A stretch of DNA of 64,000 nt from a virus (Duplodnaviria; Caudoviricetes), in the IMG/VR virus record IMGVR_UViG_3300032307_000764, positions 1 to 64,000 of that record. One strand, 5' to 3'. A program made the position numbers and the translations under genes. Position 1 is the first letter of the stretch. Each line of letters opens with the position of its first letter. Shown here in pieces: positions 53,224-63,916 of the stretch. The notes beneath the pieces are model-generated. The model searched no databases, was not told the origin of the DNA, and saw only the letters and a list, made by a program, of their open reading frames with translations.

Positions 53224-53829
53224 ATGTTAGGAATTGATATAATAGAAGCTAAATCTTATAGAACTAATCCTAATACTGGGATTACATATTTAGATCTTGT
53301 GGCCCCTTCTTGGGACACTAAACAAATTAGATATGATCTTAGAAGTATTGCGATAGTAACTGATGAGACTGAAATGAGACCCGATCTTGTTTCTATATCA
53401 TATCAATCTGATCATAGATATTTGGGATCTTTATTGAAACTGAATAATATATCTAATCCTCTTAGCGTTAAATCTGGTGAAATACTTGCAGTCCCTACGG
53501 ATCAGATGTTAAAAGATCTTTTTACTAGTGGACAAACTTTTACTAATCAAAGGCAGAAAGCTAAATCTTTCAGAAAGGAATTACAGGAAAAGATCTCTCA
53601 GGTTAGCCAGGAGAGACTCGATTATCTAAATTCTAAGAATATATCGAATCTTGCAGAAACTCCTCTTCCTCCTAATATTTTACAAGAAGGACAACAACAA
53701 ATTTTAGTTGAAGGCGGAAGACTAATATTCGGACCAGACATTGGGCAATGTAGGGCTAGAGTTAGAAAGAACGTTTCTGTTACTGATATTAAATCGAAAC
53801 TTGCACAGAAAAACATTTTTAAAAGATAA
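53224..53829 (+). CDS. gp53: Baseplate wedge protein, T4 gp53 / LysM-like
   Basis: RPDLVS..Y.......LLKLNNISNPL....G.IL.VP. Confidence 0.65.
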   Translation: MLGIDIIEAKSYRTNPNTGITYLDLVAPSWDTKQIRYDLRSIAIVTDETEMRPDLVSISYQSDHRYLGSLLKLNNISNPLSVKSGEILAVPTDQMLKDLFTSGQTFTNQRQKAKSFRKELQEKISQVSQERLDYLNSKNISNLAETPLPPNILQEGQQQILVEGGRLIFGPDIGQCRARVRKNVSVTDIKSKLAQKNIFKR

Positions 53830-53832
53830 TAG

Positions 53833-55449
53833 ATGGCTGTAGAATTTAATTTAAGAAAGTCTATACTACAGTATAGAAATCCGGATATAATTCTGGATGA
53901 ACTAGCTGTGGCAGATACTTCTAGCCAGGAGGGTGATAAAAATTTAAACGATCAAAAAAGTAACAACGTACAGAAGAAGTATTTTGGTATGGCAGAACCG
54001 CTTATCAGAATAAATAATTTAGTAGTTACTGGATTAACCTATTTTAAATTGGATCTTACCGGTTTTTTACCTAAGGTAATATTTAGATTTCAAACTGTAG
54101 ACGAAAGGTTTTTGTTTACATCTTTCCCAAAAGACGGTGATATAGTTTCTATCTATATTAGGCCCTTCGGTGAATTGTTTAAGCCCATTAGAATGGACTT
54201 TACAATTACTGAGGTCCTTTCTCCTTTTAATAACGGGCCTTATGTTGATTACACACCTTCTACAGGTAAGATTCAAAACTATACTATAATGGGTGAGGTT
54301 AAGATACCTAAGCTTTATAAAGATGTGTGTAAGGTTTTTAAAGGTAACAGCGCTGATGCCCTAATAAAAATAGCGGAGGATTTAGGATTAGGATATGCTT
54401 CGAATGAAGCTAAGACATCGGATTCTATGAATTGGCTATCTCCTAATGTCGATTACAATACGCTTATTAAACAAATAGTTAATAGTGCGTGGTTAGGCGA
54501 GGAGGATTACTTCGATTGTTGGATAGATCAATATTACAATATTAATCTGGTTAATCTTAAAAAGCAATTTGACGAACAGAACGGAACAATAGAAACCATG
54601 AGAATGGCTTATGGTGCAGACGAGGGTGGAGATTTACAGCCAGGAGCGGAAACTATGGAAGTAGAATTTCCATTATTGTTGACTAATTCTACAGAATTTA
54701 GTAAATCACCTTTGTTCATAAAAGATCTAGCTTTGGAACAAAACGCGGGTAGAATTAATAACGATCTTGGATATTTTCAGAAGATCCAATTTTATGATGA
54801 TAAATTAAAATCAGATAAGCCTAAAAACAAATTTGTTGAATATAATTTGGAATCCGTAACTAACAAAGACCTAGGGTCTAGAGATACAATTAATAAAGGA
54901 AGATTAGGGGAGGACATTTACAAAGAAGAAATAAAGAAAACCTACGTTGGTACTCTATATTTTGAAAATGTTCATGAAAATTTTCAACAGGCTTCAGTTC
55001 AGAATATATTAAATAGAAATGATAGTTACAAGATGCTATTAAAAGTTAAGAATCGATCTTGGACTCCGTTTCTGTACAGAGGACAGACTTTTCCTGTTAT
55101 TATTATGAATGAAGGTAGTACAACTGCATCTGGTGATTCTAAATATACTCCTGCTTCCGGGGAAAAAACATCTATTGCACCTCCCGCAGATAAAAGAGTA
55201 CCTAATGCTTTTCTTTGCGGTAATTACGTGGTGTTAGGATTTACTATAGAATACAGTAATGTAGAAGGAATGTACCAGACTATGCTTTTAGGTAAAAAAC
55301 AATGGACTCTTAATCCTGGACTTGCTTCAGATCCAAGGACTTTAGATCCTCAAGTTGATAATGCAGGATTTAACGATCTTGTAGAGAATGCCTCAACTAT
55401 TTTACAACAGGAGGTTGGAAGAATAAAGAGCGACATATTCTCGAAATAA
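53833..55449 (+). CDS. Putative baseplate hub (gp27/GpD-like)
   Basis: Position between gp53-like and gp5-like genes; IAEDLGLG...W...Y....WIDQYYNINL hub-like pattern. Confidence 0.45.
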   Translation: MAVEFNLRKSILQYRNPDIILDELAVADTSSQEGDKNLNDQKSNNVQKKYFGMAEPLIRINNLVVTGLTYFKLDLTGFLPKVIFRFQTVDERFLFTSFPKDGDIVSIYIRPFGELFKPIRMDFTITEVLSPFNNGPYVDYTPSTGKIQNYTIMGEVKIPKLYKDVCKVFKGNSADALIKIAEDLGLGYASNEAKTSDSMNWLSPNVDYNTLIKQIVNSAWLGEEDYFDCWIDQYYNINLVNLKKQFDEQNGTIETMRMAYGADEGGDLQPGAETMEVEFPLLLTNSTEFSKSPLFIKDLALEQNAGRINNDLGYFQKIQFYDDKLKSDKPKNKFVEYNLESVTNKDLGSRDTINKGRLGEDIYKEEIKKTYVGTLYFENVHENFQQASVQNILNRNDSYKMLLKVKNRSWTPFLYRGQTFPVIIMNEGSTTASGDSKYTPASGEKTSIAPPADKRVPNAFLCGNYVVLGFTIEYSNVEGMYQTMLLGKKQWTLNPGLASDPRTLDPQVDNAGFNDLVENASTILQQEVGRIKSDIFSK

Positions 55450-55458
55450 TTTTAAGAA

Positions 55459-57849
55459 ATGGCAGATTTTATATCAGACTTTGGATCAGGATTAAAGGAC
55501 AACGTTCTACCTACAGGGGATGTACTAAACAGAAAGATAGATGCTCAGAGAGAGAAATTCTTGAAAGGTATTTCTAGCACAAAGCATGGTAAAAAAGAAG
55601 ATCCTACATATCTTCATTTTAAATTCATTTTTGATTTAGGAAATACTTCCTTAATAGATCAAGAGACTTTCTTAGCACCTTCTCCTTTATTTAGACCGTA
55701 TAAACCGAATGCCTTAGATCTATCTACTGAAGCCAGAGATTTAGGTAGCTTTAGAGCTGCACAAAAAGCTAGTATAGATCCTAATAAAGAAGGAGCTCCT
55801 GATCAGATAGCAAAGATAGATCAGCTTGCAAGTGTAGGTGATAGCGGATTCAAATCGGATACCGATTTTTTCTACGGCTCTAAATTTAAAATCGATGAAA
55901 GATATCACCACGGTGCATTTAATATAAATGGTGGTGGCGTTGCTTATATGGGAGCTCAAGAATTTTTATCTCAGAGATCTTTAAAGAGACAGCAAATGCT
56001 TGATGCTTTCAGAAATGGATTAAACTTCGTTAATACTGAATGTCCGTATTATTTTCAAAGCGTATCCGGACTGGACCAATTACTTAAAACTGATATTAAG
56101 AACTTCCATAAAGCAGCGGGAAAACCGATGAGAGCGGGTACTTTAACCGTAGAGTGTATGGAATCTATAGATATGAGAATATTCTCACTTTCCGAACTTT
56201 ATAGAAAAGCAGTTTACGATTATACGTATCATAGAATAATGCTTCCTGAGAATCTTAGAAAGTTTAGAATGTGGATGGTTGTAACTGAGGTTAGAAACAT
56301 ACAGCTTAGCTATGGAATAAACGATATACTTAATCCTTTTTCCGTTCCAGCAGTTGCCCAAGCAGCTAACTTTTTGGATAGTTTTAACACACAGACAGGA
56401 TTACTAAATAATACCCAAGGATTATTACAAAAAAGTACAAATACAGAAAGTCCTTATAATGATAAATTCGGATCTTATACTATGGGCCCTTATGCTTTTG
56501 TTTATCAATTTGATCAATGTGAATTTGATTTCGACGATTCTTTTCCTTCCTATGGTACCATAGACAATAAAGGTGGACAAGCAGTAACTAATAGATTTAA
56601 GATTCATGTAGGAAGAGTTAAGGATTATAAGATACAATTTAACCAGCTTTCTGATGTTATCAAGAAAAATGATAACATTCAACAAATGGTTCTTTCAGAT
56701 GTATGGGGATCTACTACCAACGACTATAATAATTATGATTATGCAGGATCTACAGGTATTTCATCTGTTGATTTGTCTAGCACTGCAAACCCAGGGCAAG
56801 CATTTGCACAAATGGCTTCTAACTTTATAAATAATACAGTAGCAGATCTGAAGAATCAGGGTGTATCTATATTACAGGGAGCCTTACTAGGAAACATATA
56901 TGGTTTAGGAGGAATAAACCCTGGTGCTGCTGCAAGAAACGTTCAATCGTTAGTTAATACACTAAAGAATGGAATACCTAATCCATTCGATGATAATACA
57001 CCACAAGGACAAGGATTAGGAGGTCCTACTGAAAGACAATACCCAACAGTAAATACTGATGTATATACAGGAGGAACTCAGGGAGTTACAGGAAGTTTAG
57101 GAAATCCTTTAACTAATCCACCTGCAGCTTCGAATAGTTTAAACGAGGATATTTATGCTAATAACCCAGGATCGGACTTAGGTGTTCCTGACAGACAATA
57201 TCCTACTTTATCTGCTGATGAGTATATTAATAATCCAGGATCTGATCTAGGTGTACCTGGTAGAGTTTATCCATCAGTTGATTTAGATATCTACCAAAAT
57301 AACCCAGGAACAGATTTAGGAGTTCCTGACAGGCAATATCCAGTTAACAATGATGATGTTTATAACAATGTACCTGGATCAGATTTAGGTGTACCTGAAA
57401 GGGTTTATCCTGATTTGAACTTAGATGTTTATTCTACTAACCCAGGATCTGATTTAGGAGTTCCTGATAGAGTTTATCCTAGTAATAATGATGACGAATA
57501 TAAAAACGTGCCTGGATCAGATTTAGGTGTTATAGGAAGAGTATACGAAACTCCTGAGGGAGACGTTTATCCTACTAATCCTGGAGCAGATTTAGGATTA
57601 CCATCTAGGGAATATAAAACATCTGAAGGTGATGAATATAAAAACGTGCCTGGATCAGATTTAGGAGGAATTGGTAGAATATACGAAACTGTTAAGGAAG
57701 ATTTATATACTAAAGTCCCTGGACCAGACTTAGGAGGATCTGAAAGAGATTATCCAACAGTAAGAGGTAGAGAATATCCGGAAGGAAAGGTATCTTCTGA
57801 GAATAATTTAGGGAGGATATATCCTACAACAAATAATGAAAACTCTTAA
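55459..57849 (+). CDS. Putative tail tube / baseplate junction protein with a C-terminal 23-aa repeat tract
   Basis: FQSVSGL...LTVECMESIDMRI..L..LYR tube-like segment; repeats at the C-terminus; structural context. Confidence 0.45.
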   Translation: MADFISDFGSGLKDNVLPTGDVLNRKIDAQREKFLKGISSTKHGKKEDPTYLHFKFIFDLGNTSLIDQETFLAPSPLFRPYKPNALDLSTEARDLGSFRAAQKASIDPNKEGAPDQIAKIDQLASVGDSGFKSDTDFFYGSKFKIDERYHHGAFNINGGGVAYMGAQEFLSQRSLKRQQMLDAFRNGLNFVNTECPYYFQSVSGLDQLLKTDIKNFHKAAGKPMRAGTLTVECMESIDMRIFSLSELYRKAVYDYTYHRIMLPENLRKFRMWMVVTEVRNIQLSYGINDILNPFSVPAVAQAANFLDSFNTQTGLLNNTQGLLQKSTNTESPYNDKFGSYTMGPYAFVYQFDQCEFDFDDSFPSYGTIDNKGGQAVTNRFKIHVGRVKDYKIQFNQLSDVIKKNDNIQQMVLSDVWGSTTNDYNNYDYAGSTGISSVDLSSTANPGQAFAQMASNFINNTVADLKNQGVSILQGALLGNIYGLGGINPGAAARNVQSLVNTLKNGIPNPFDDNTPQGQGLGGPTERQYPTVNTDVYTGGTQGVTGSLGNPLTNPPAASNSLNEDIYANNPGSDLGVPDRQYPTLSADEYINNPGSDLGVPGRVYPSVDLDIYQNNPGTDLGVPDRQYPVNNDDVYNNVPGSDLGVPERVYPDLNLDVYSTNPGSDLGVPDRVYPSNNDDEYKNVPGSDLGVIGRVYETPEGDVYPTNPGADLGLPSREYKTSEGDEYKNVPGSDLGGIGRIYETVKEDLYTKVPGPDLGGSERDYPTVRGREYPEGKVSSENNLGRIYPTTNNENS
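57163..57783 (+). repeat. 9 tandem copies of a 69-bp (23-aa) unit, NPGSDLGVPDRxYPxxxxDxYxN
   Basis: Direct translation gives 9 in-phase 23-aa units, with degenerate copies on both sides. Confidence 0.92.
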
Positions 57850-57866
57850 TAATTAAATAGTATAAT
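57838..57866 (+). promoter_or_regulatory. Class A motif GAAA-N19-TATAAT
   Basis: Upstream of the gp5-like gene. Confidence 0.55.
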
Positions 57867-57871
57867 CTTAA

Positions 57872-58759
57872 ATGGGATTAGTAAATAGAGATAAATTAGA
57901 AAAACCAAATATTGAGATCTCTCACTATCTAGGTGTCGTGGTTGATAATAAAGATCCCGAATTTAGAGGAAGAGCTAAAATTAGAGTATTTGGTATTTTC
58001 GACGAGATCCCCGATGCAGATCTACCTTGGTCACATCAAAGGTTTGAGCAAAGCTACGGATTAAACGGAGGATCTGGAAGAATGTCTGTTCCTAAATTAG
58101 GATCGGTTGTTCATGTACAATTTAATAACGGGAATTTTTATAGTCCTGAATATAAAGCTGTTCAGGAATTATCACCTGATTTGATAGATGAGATCAGAGC
58201 AAGTTACGATGGGGCTCATTCCGTAATCTATGATGGTATAGAAAGGCTTAAGATGTATTACACTGTAGAGAAAGGAATGGTGATAGACCTTAAGGATTCT
58301 AAAATTATAATAAGGAATGATAATTCTATACTAATAACTCACGCTGATGATACCGCTTCTATCGAGTTAAAAGGTGGGAAGATAACAAAATATGCAGATC
58401 AAGAAATAGAGAACACTGCAGTTACAAGAATTAAACATTCTTCAGAGGAAGTTTGGATGGACGGTAAGACTACAAATCTTGGACACTCTCCGGTTTTTTC
58501 TGCTGTTTGCGCTGAGCCTTTATGGGATTTTCTTAAAAAATTAGCGATATCAGTAGACAGTAAAATGCCAGCAAGTCCTGGAGTTAATTCAACCTTAGCA
58601 TCTAGTTTTGAACAACTAGCTACAAGTCAAACTGTAAGAGTTACACGTGAAAATACACCAGATCTTCCTGCTGTACCTGCTCAAAATAATTTCCCTGTTT
58701 CTTTACCTGCTACTGGAGCTGCTGGTACGACCGGAGCTACAGGAACAACTGGAGGATAA
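57872..58759 (+). CDS. gp5: Baseplate spike, gp5/VgrG-like (OB-fold N-terminus, no lysozyme domain)
   Basis: YLGVVVDNKDPEFRGRAKIRVFG...LPW...VPKLGS.V.V.F; beta-rich C-terminal half. Confidence 0.8.
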   Translation: MGLVNRDKLEKPNIEISHYLGVVVDNKDPEFRGRAKIRVFGIFDEIPDADLPWSHQRFEQSYGLNGGSGRMSVPKLGSVVHVQFNNGNFYSPEYKAVQELSPDLIDEIRASYDGAHSVIYDGIERLKMYYTVEKGMVIDLKDSKIIIRNDNSILITHADDTASIELKGGKITKYADQEIENTAVTRIKHSSEEVWMDGKTTNLGHSPVFSAVCAEPLWDFLKKLAISVDSKMPASPGVNSTLASSFEQLATSQTVRVTRENTPDLPAVPAQNNFPVSLPATGAAGTTGATGTTGG

Positions 58760-58761
58760 AG

Positions 58762-61700
58762 ATGGCAGGAGATAATAGCATAGAATCTAGAATAGACCAA
58801 TTACTTTCTAAGGATTTTAGTAAGGTTAGTACTAGTGAGATAATAAGTCTAATCACTGGAGGACAGGACATAAATCAGCCTTATGTTGATATGCAATCTG
58901 AATCTGGATTTGATTCTGAGCTTAATAAAAGCCAAGAGCAGGTCGATTCCATAATTAGTAGTCTAGAACCTGGACCTCCTCCTATACCAATTGAAAAAAT
59001 AGAAGAACTAGCCTGTAATTTTGAAGGTGATGAACTTTATAGTAGAATACTACTGGAAAGTGTTAGAATTAATGATTCTAAGCTTTACAGATCTCTGCTT
59101 AATTCTAGCGCATTAAAGCAAAGAAGTTTTAGTGCCGAAGATCTAGGTATCAAAACACAAATAAAGTCTCTTAAAACTAATAAAAAGCTCCCTTCTGAAG
59201 GTATAGTTAGCTTCCTAAAAGAGAATAATAATTCTTTATTAGAAAAAATTAATGAAAAGCTTTTTGATAATGTTGATCCTCTACTAGTAGGTAAACCTTC
59301 AAATTCTGGTTCAAAGAAGAAAAGAGAGATTAATATTCTAGGATTTAAAATACCTCTGGAATTTATCATGTCCGGTAAAAAGATTGTGCATGTTAAAATT
59401 GGAGGAGAGGAAAAAACTAATAAACAAGCTTTAGAAGATATTAATTCTATTCTAGCCAAACAAAATCAAGGAGCAAAACCTTGTGATTTCGACGGTGTAG
59501 ATGAAAATACAAATTCCGAGAGAATAGATGAATATGATTCAAATTTCTTTCCTGACGGTGATGATCCTATACTAGATCCTGATTGTGACACTGGTATTCC
59601 TGAGGATCCTATTACCGGAGATCCTATATCAACTAGAGAATCGTTCGAGGATATACAGGAAGATTTTTGTGATCCTCCCGCTTATGATTTTTCTGGACTA
59701 AATCCGGATGACCCTGATCCAGAGCCATCACCTGTTGATGTTGATTCTATACAAGCATGTATGGATTCAGCATTAGCGAAAACTAAAAAAATAGACGATG
59801 ATAGTAAACTTCTTGCAAGATGGCAGAATATCGAGAAGAGCTTAGATGAGATTTATTACCATTATGATGTAGTTTGGGAATACCAAAGAACTTTAGCAGA
59901 GACATGGAGAGCTAGAGTTCCTGTTTCTGATGGGGGAGATCCTAAAAATTTAGATCTAGCTATACAGATATTAACTTATAATGATCAGGAAGAGATAAAA
60001 TCAGGGGAGATAATATTACAGGAGGAGAAATTAAATAATGATAAGATATTATTTCTAGAAAACAATCCTTTGCTTACTGATAATATATTTACGTTCAGTG
60101 TTTTAGATGCGGAAAATTCAGAGAATCTTACTGATGCTGAACTTGGAGAAATTTTCTCTTTCCTTGCTGATGCTAATAAATCTCCCGTAGAATATGATAC
60201 TGAAAGTCAATCTTATCCTATCCAGAAAGGCGTGGATTCTTTTAGAGAAAATCTTGAATCAATAGTAGCTATATTAATACAAGATAATTTTATAGAATCC
60301 CTTAAAACCGAGAGAGATGAAATAAAAGCTTTAAAAGAGTCAACATTACAAACTTTAGTAGATAGAAAAGGTGCTCCTATAACAATTGCAGATCTTGAGG
60401 CTGGGTTTAAAATAACGAATGCGGAAATTAATGACCCCTATGGACAAGGATCAGAGCAGAAAGAAAAAAATGCTAAGGTTTTTGATAATGTTATTTTGCC
60501 AACTTATACCTATGATTCGTATGGGTATCAATTTCTACAGGATTTAAAAAAATTCTCAGTTAGATTCAAGGATACTAAATTTGATAAGGATATAGGAGAA
60601 CTCAAATTTACACTTGCTTTTATGAGCGATTTTGGTATGCCCATTCCTTATAAAAAAGTTAAAAAATCCGGAAAAATATCATTAAAGGAAACTGGTACCG
60701 ATACTTTGGAAGAAGTTAACGAACCAGATCAGGATAAAATAAAAATTGGTAACGAACACGCTTCTGGTGGATTACTAATCAATTTTACTCCTTATTATTT
60801 GCAGAGTTATCAATATTTAACTATCGATAATATTAAAACTGGTCAACCTGATGTTGCTGAATTCTATAATTACATTGATTCTGTTGTAAATACTAGTGAT
60901 TCGAAACAATCCATTATTAACAAAATAATAGAAGATCGTGGTATTTTGTACGGACAACTTATAGAAAAGTCATCGTCAAATTGGCTGTTCTTTACGGCAG
61001 AAGAAAGAGGTGATAACGATTCGAGGGATCCTTCAAAATTAAGACCTTCAAGTTTTAATGCTGAGGGTGAACCTACACCGGTATTTACTGAATTTTATGG
61101 AAATTTTAAGCCTAAATGGGATGCTAAGTATAAATTGAACAGAGAAACCTATATTGATCCTGCTCTCTCTAGTTTAAAAGAACAGGCTAGAAAAGCAGGT
61201 GAAGGACTAGGAAACACGTTACCAACTTCTGACCAGATAGGTGTTCGTATTTTTGAAAACTATTTTGACACTAAGAAAAAAATTGAACAGATAGAGGAGA
61301 TTATACTTTATGCTGCACAAAGGAGAACTGAGATAGAGGAATCATTAAAACCCGAAAATATAGAGAAATCGTTTTCTGATATTAAATGTTCTAGTGAACA
61401 AACTAGTCCCGATGATCCTGAAAATTGTCCTCCTGTTTGTTGTGGTGAGCCGGGATCTGATTTTAAAACAGATAATTATTTACTTTCTCTACCACCAAGT
61501 TCTGATTGTCCTACGATGTTCCAGAAATGCTGGTGGAAACAATTTTCAAAAGATTTAACCAAAGTTGGATTGTTGCCTTATCCTAATGGATTACCTCCTA
61601 TTGAAGATACCAAGTATTTTTTAACCCCCGGGCCTTCGGTTAGATTAGGATTAAAATATTGGCCGGTCGGATATCTTCCGCCATCTTTTATTCCTATCCC

Positions 61701-63861
61701 TATCGCTAATCCTATCGACGGTCAGCCTTTTATTAGGATACCTCTTCCCATGATATGGACTATAATAAACCCTATCGTAATACCTTTACCCTTAAATCTA
61801 GGTATACTTGTTATATTTATACCATTAATAGGTGGTTTTATGCCTACTCCTTTAGTTTATCTTAAAGAGTTTATAGGGGGTAATTCTTTATTTCTTACGG
61901 GGATAAGAGGTCCTAGATTTATACCTAGAAAATCCGACCCGGAATTGAAGGATCCGTTGGAAAAAATAAAGCAACTTTTGTCCTTTGGTGTTCCTGATAA
62001 ATTAATTCCCCTGCCTGGCTTTGGACTGGATAACTTGGATTCTCCTAATAGAATAATGGCGGATCTTCAATCTAACCTAACTAAAATATTTGATAGTGTT
62101 CCTGCTCCTGGTAATTTAGATCAGTTAAGGCAGTTACAAGATAAAGAATTAGAGATCAAGAAAAAGATAGACGACGAAACTAAGAATTATTTAAAGAAGG
62201 AAGCTTTACTTGATATACCTAAGCCTGATTTAGAGAAACAGAAAGAGGAACTAAAAAACTTAATTACCTCTAGAAAAAATGCTCTTAAGCAGGTTATAAT
62301 GGATTATATCGACAAAGGAATACCAGATCCTAAAGCTGTATATTTTCCCAAAGATAAAGACAAGCTTAAGATTGACATTTCTGGGATCGTAAAATCGTTA
62401 AGGATACTAAAGGAAATGAAAGCAAGTTTTGTTCCTATTAAATGTTCAGGAACTATAGATTTCAAAGATGAGATACGCGAGGTTCTTAAACTTTTAAAAA
62501 TCCCTACTCCCCCTCAGTATATCCTTGATAACTTTAATGTATCTAATGCTAATAAGATTTTCCTAAAATCTAACAAGGATCCAAGATTAATGACTGATGA
62601 GGAATTTAGGAATTTAGTTTTAGAAATAAGAGGAACCTCCTTAATAATAACTCAGATACTACTTAAAGGAAATAGATTCTCTGTTCTTAAAAAAATCAGG
62701 AAGGGAGCATTCTCAATAACTGAAGAATGTGAGCTCCAAGGAACATTTGCTTTCCCTGCAGTTAAGCTGACAAATTCTGCTCCTCTCCCTTTGAAATTCC
62801 TAAGAAAAGGCGATCCAGTATTAAATGCCATGTATCTTAGAATTATGGAAGGAATGGCTAAGATAGAATACACTAGAGAAGATTTTGCTAGATATGTTAG
62901 GTATTTTGGGGAATCACCTGAATTAGTAATCAGGGTTAAAGATTTAAAGAAACTGGTTTCTAAAAAAATAGGATTAAGTAAAAGAGGTCCTTTCGATCCA
63001 GTTAGACCGATAGATCTAGAGGAACCTTTGATATCTAACTATCCACATCCAGAAGGTCCTTTATGTTGCCTAGAATCTTTAAATGGAGGGTTTGGTAATG
63101 CTATAGCAGCATTTGAGCTTCCTACTGTATTTCCAGTAAAACAGGATCAAATAACACAAACTCCAGGAGCTGGTGGTATAATACAGGTTACTATACCTGG
63201 ATCTAAAATAAAGGATTTTATAAAAACTTCAGTAGGAAAGCTTTTGGATTCAGGAGCTTTAGAAAGTTTATTACCAGAAATAGGAGATGTGGATTCTCCT
63301 AAATTTACTAATCTTGATCCGAATGATATACAGAAAATAGCAAGAAATTTAGTTAGAGATGTACTTAATCCTGAATCACCTAATATTCCGGAATTCTTGA
63401 ACATAACTAAAATACCGGTTCTTCCACCTGCTAGACCCACTGATTTAATAGAACAAGCACTAATTGGTATGGGAGCACCTCCTCCAGCAAGAATAGTTTA
63501 TAGCCTATTCTGGAAATATTTTAAAAGCACTCCGAAAACACCTTTAAGTGATAAAATAACATTGCCTACAATAGAGATATCTTCGAATATCCTAAGTAAA
63601 ATACCTTGGCCGTTGACGGTTTTAATTGGAAGAAATCTATTAAATATCATCAACCCTATAGCTATGTCAGATGACCATCCGGTATGGAGAAGAATGAGCC
63701 TTAAGAATCCTTATTATGTTGTTTACTTAGATGAGTTCTTAAGAAGTGCTTCTGATGTTTCTGGACTGTATAAATTTTTCCTCGGTGCTGCTGATCCAAC
63801 GTATCCTATACCTGAATTACCTTCGGAGCTAAAAAAGGCATTTAATGTGAAAAAATATTAA
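58762..63861 (+). CDS. Very large hypothetical protein (1699 aa), probably structural
   Basis: ORF track; acidic Cys/Pro segments, coiled coils and a Pro-rich hydrophobic block; follows gp5. Confidence 0.6.
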   Translation: MAGDNSIESRIDQLLSKDFSKVSTSEIISLITGGQDINQPYVDMQSESGFDSELNKSQEQVDSIISSLEPGPPPIPIEKIEELACNFEGDELYSRILLESVRINDSKLYRSLLNSSALKQRSFSAEDLGIKTQIKSLKTNKKLPSEGIVSFLKENNNSLLEKINEKLFDNVDPLLVGKPSNSGSKKKREINILGFKIPLEFIMSGKKIVHVKIGGEEKTNKQALEDINSILAKQNQGAKPCDFDGVDENTNSERIDEYDSNFFPDGDDPILDPDCDTGIPEDPITGDPISTRESFEDIQEDFCDPPAYDFSGLNPDDPDPEPSPVDVDSIQACMDSALAKTKKIDDDSKLLARWQNIEKSLDEIYYHYDVVWEYQRTLAETWRARVPVSDGGDPKNLDLAIQILTYNDQEEIKSGEIILQEEKLNNDKILFLENNPLLTDNIFTFSVLDAENSENLTDAELGEIFSFLADANKSPVEYDTESQSYPIQKGVDSFRENLESIVAILIQDNFIESLKTERDEIKALKESTLQTLVDRKGAPITIADLEAGFKITNAEINDPYGQGSEQKEKNAKVFDNVILPTYTYDSYGYQFLQDLKKFSVRFKDTKFDKDIGELKFTLAFMSDFGMPIPYKKVKKSGKISLKETGTDTLEEVNEPDQDKIKIGNEHASGGLLINFTPYYLQSYQYLTIDNIKTGQPDVAEFYNYIDSVVNTSDSKQSIINKIIEDRGILYGQLIEKSSSNWLFFTAEERGDNDSRDPSKLRPSSFNAEGEPTPVFTEFYGNFKPKWDAKYKLNRETYIDPALSSLKEQARKAGEGLGNTLPTSDQIGVRIFENYFDTKKKIEQIEEIILYAAQRRTEIEESLKPENIEKSFSDIKCSSEQTSPDDPENCPPVCCGEPGSDFKTDNYLLSLPPSSDCPTMFQKCWWKQFSKDLTKVGLLPYPNGLPPIEDTKYFLTPGPSVRLGLKYWPVGYLPPSFIPIPIANPIDGQPFIRIPLPMIWTIINPIVIPLPLNLGILVIFIPLIGGFMPTPLVYLKEFIGGNSLFLTGIRGPRFIPRKSDPELKDPLEKIKQLLSFGVPDKLIPLPGFGLDNLDSPNRIMADLQSNLTKIFDSVPAPGNLDQLRQLQDKELEIKKKIDDETKNYLKKEALLDIPKPDLEKQKEELKNLITSRKNALKQVIMDYIDKGIPDPKAVYFPKDKDKLKIDISGIVKSLRILKEMKASFVPIKCSGTIDFKDEIREVLKLLKIPTPPQYILDNFNVSNANKIFLKSNKDPRLMTDEEFRNLVLEIRGTSLIITQILLKGNRFSVLKKIRKGAFSITEECELQGTFAFPAVKLTNSAPLPLKFLRKGDPVLNAMYLRIMEGMAKIEYTREDFARYVRYFGESPELVIRVKDLKKLVSKKIGLSKRGPFDPVRPIDLEEPLISNYPHPEGPLCCLESLNGGFGNAIAAFELPTVFPVKQDQITQTPGAGGIIQVTIPGSKIKDFIKTSVGKLLDSGALESLLPEIGDVDSPKFTNLDPNDIQKIARNLVRDVLNPESPNIPEFLNITKIPVLPPARPTDLIEQALIGMGAPPPARIVYSLFWKYFKSTPKTPLSDKITLPTIEISSNILSKIPWPLTVLIGRNLLNIINPIAMSDDHPVWRRMSLKNPYYVVYLDEFLRSASDVSGLYKFFLGAADPTYPIPELPSELKKAFNVKKY

Positions 63862-63868
63862 TTTCTTG

Positions 63869-63897
63869 GAAATTTTAATACATACCAATACTACAAT
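63869..63897 (+). promoter_or_regulatory. Class A motif GAAA-N19-TACAAT
   Basis: Upstream of the terminal partial ORF. Confidence 0.6.
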
Positions 63898-63916
63898 AAA
63901 TACAAACCCTAATAGA

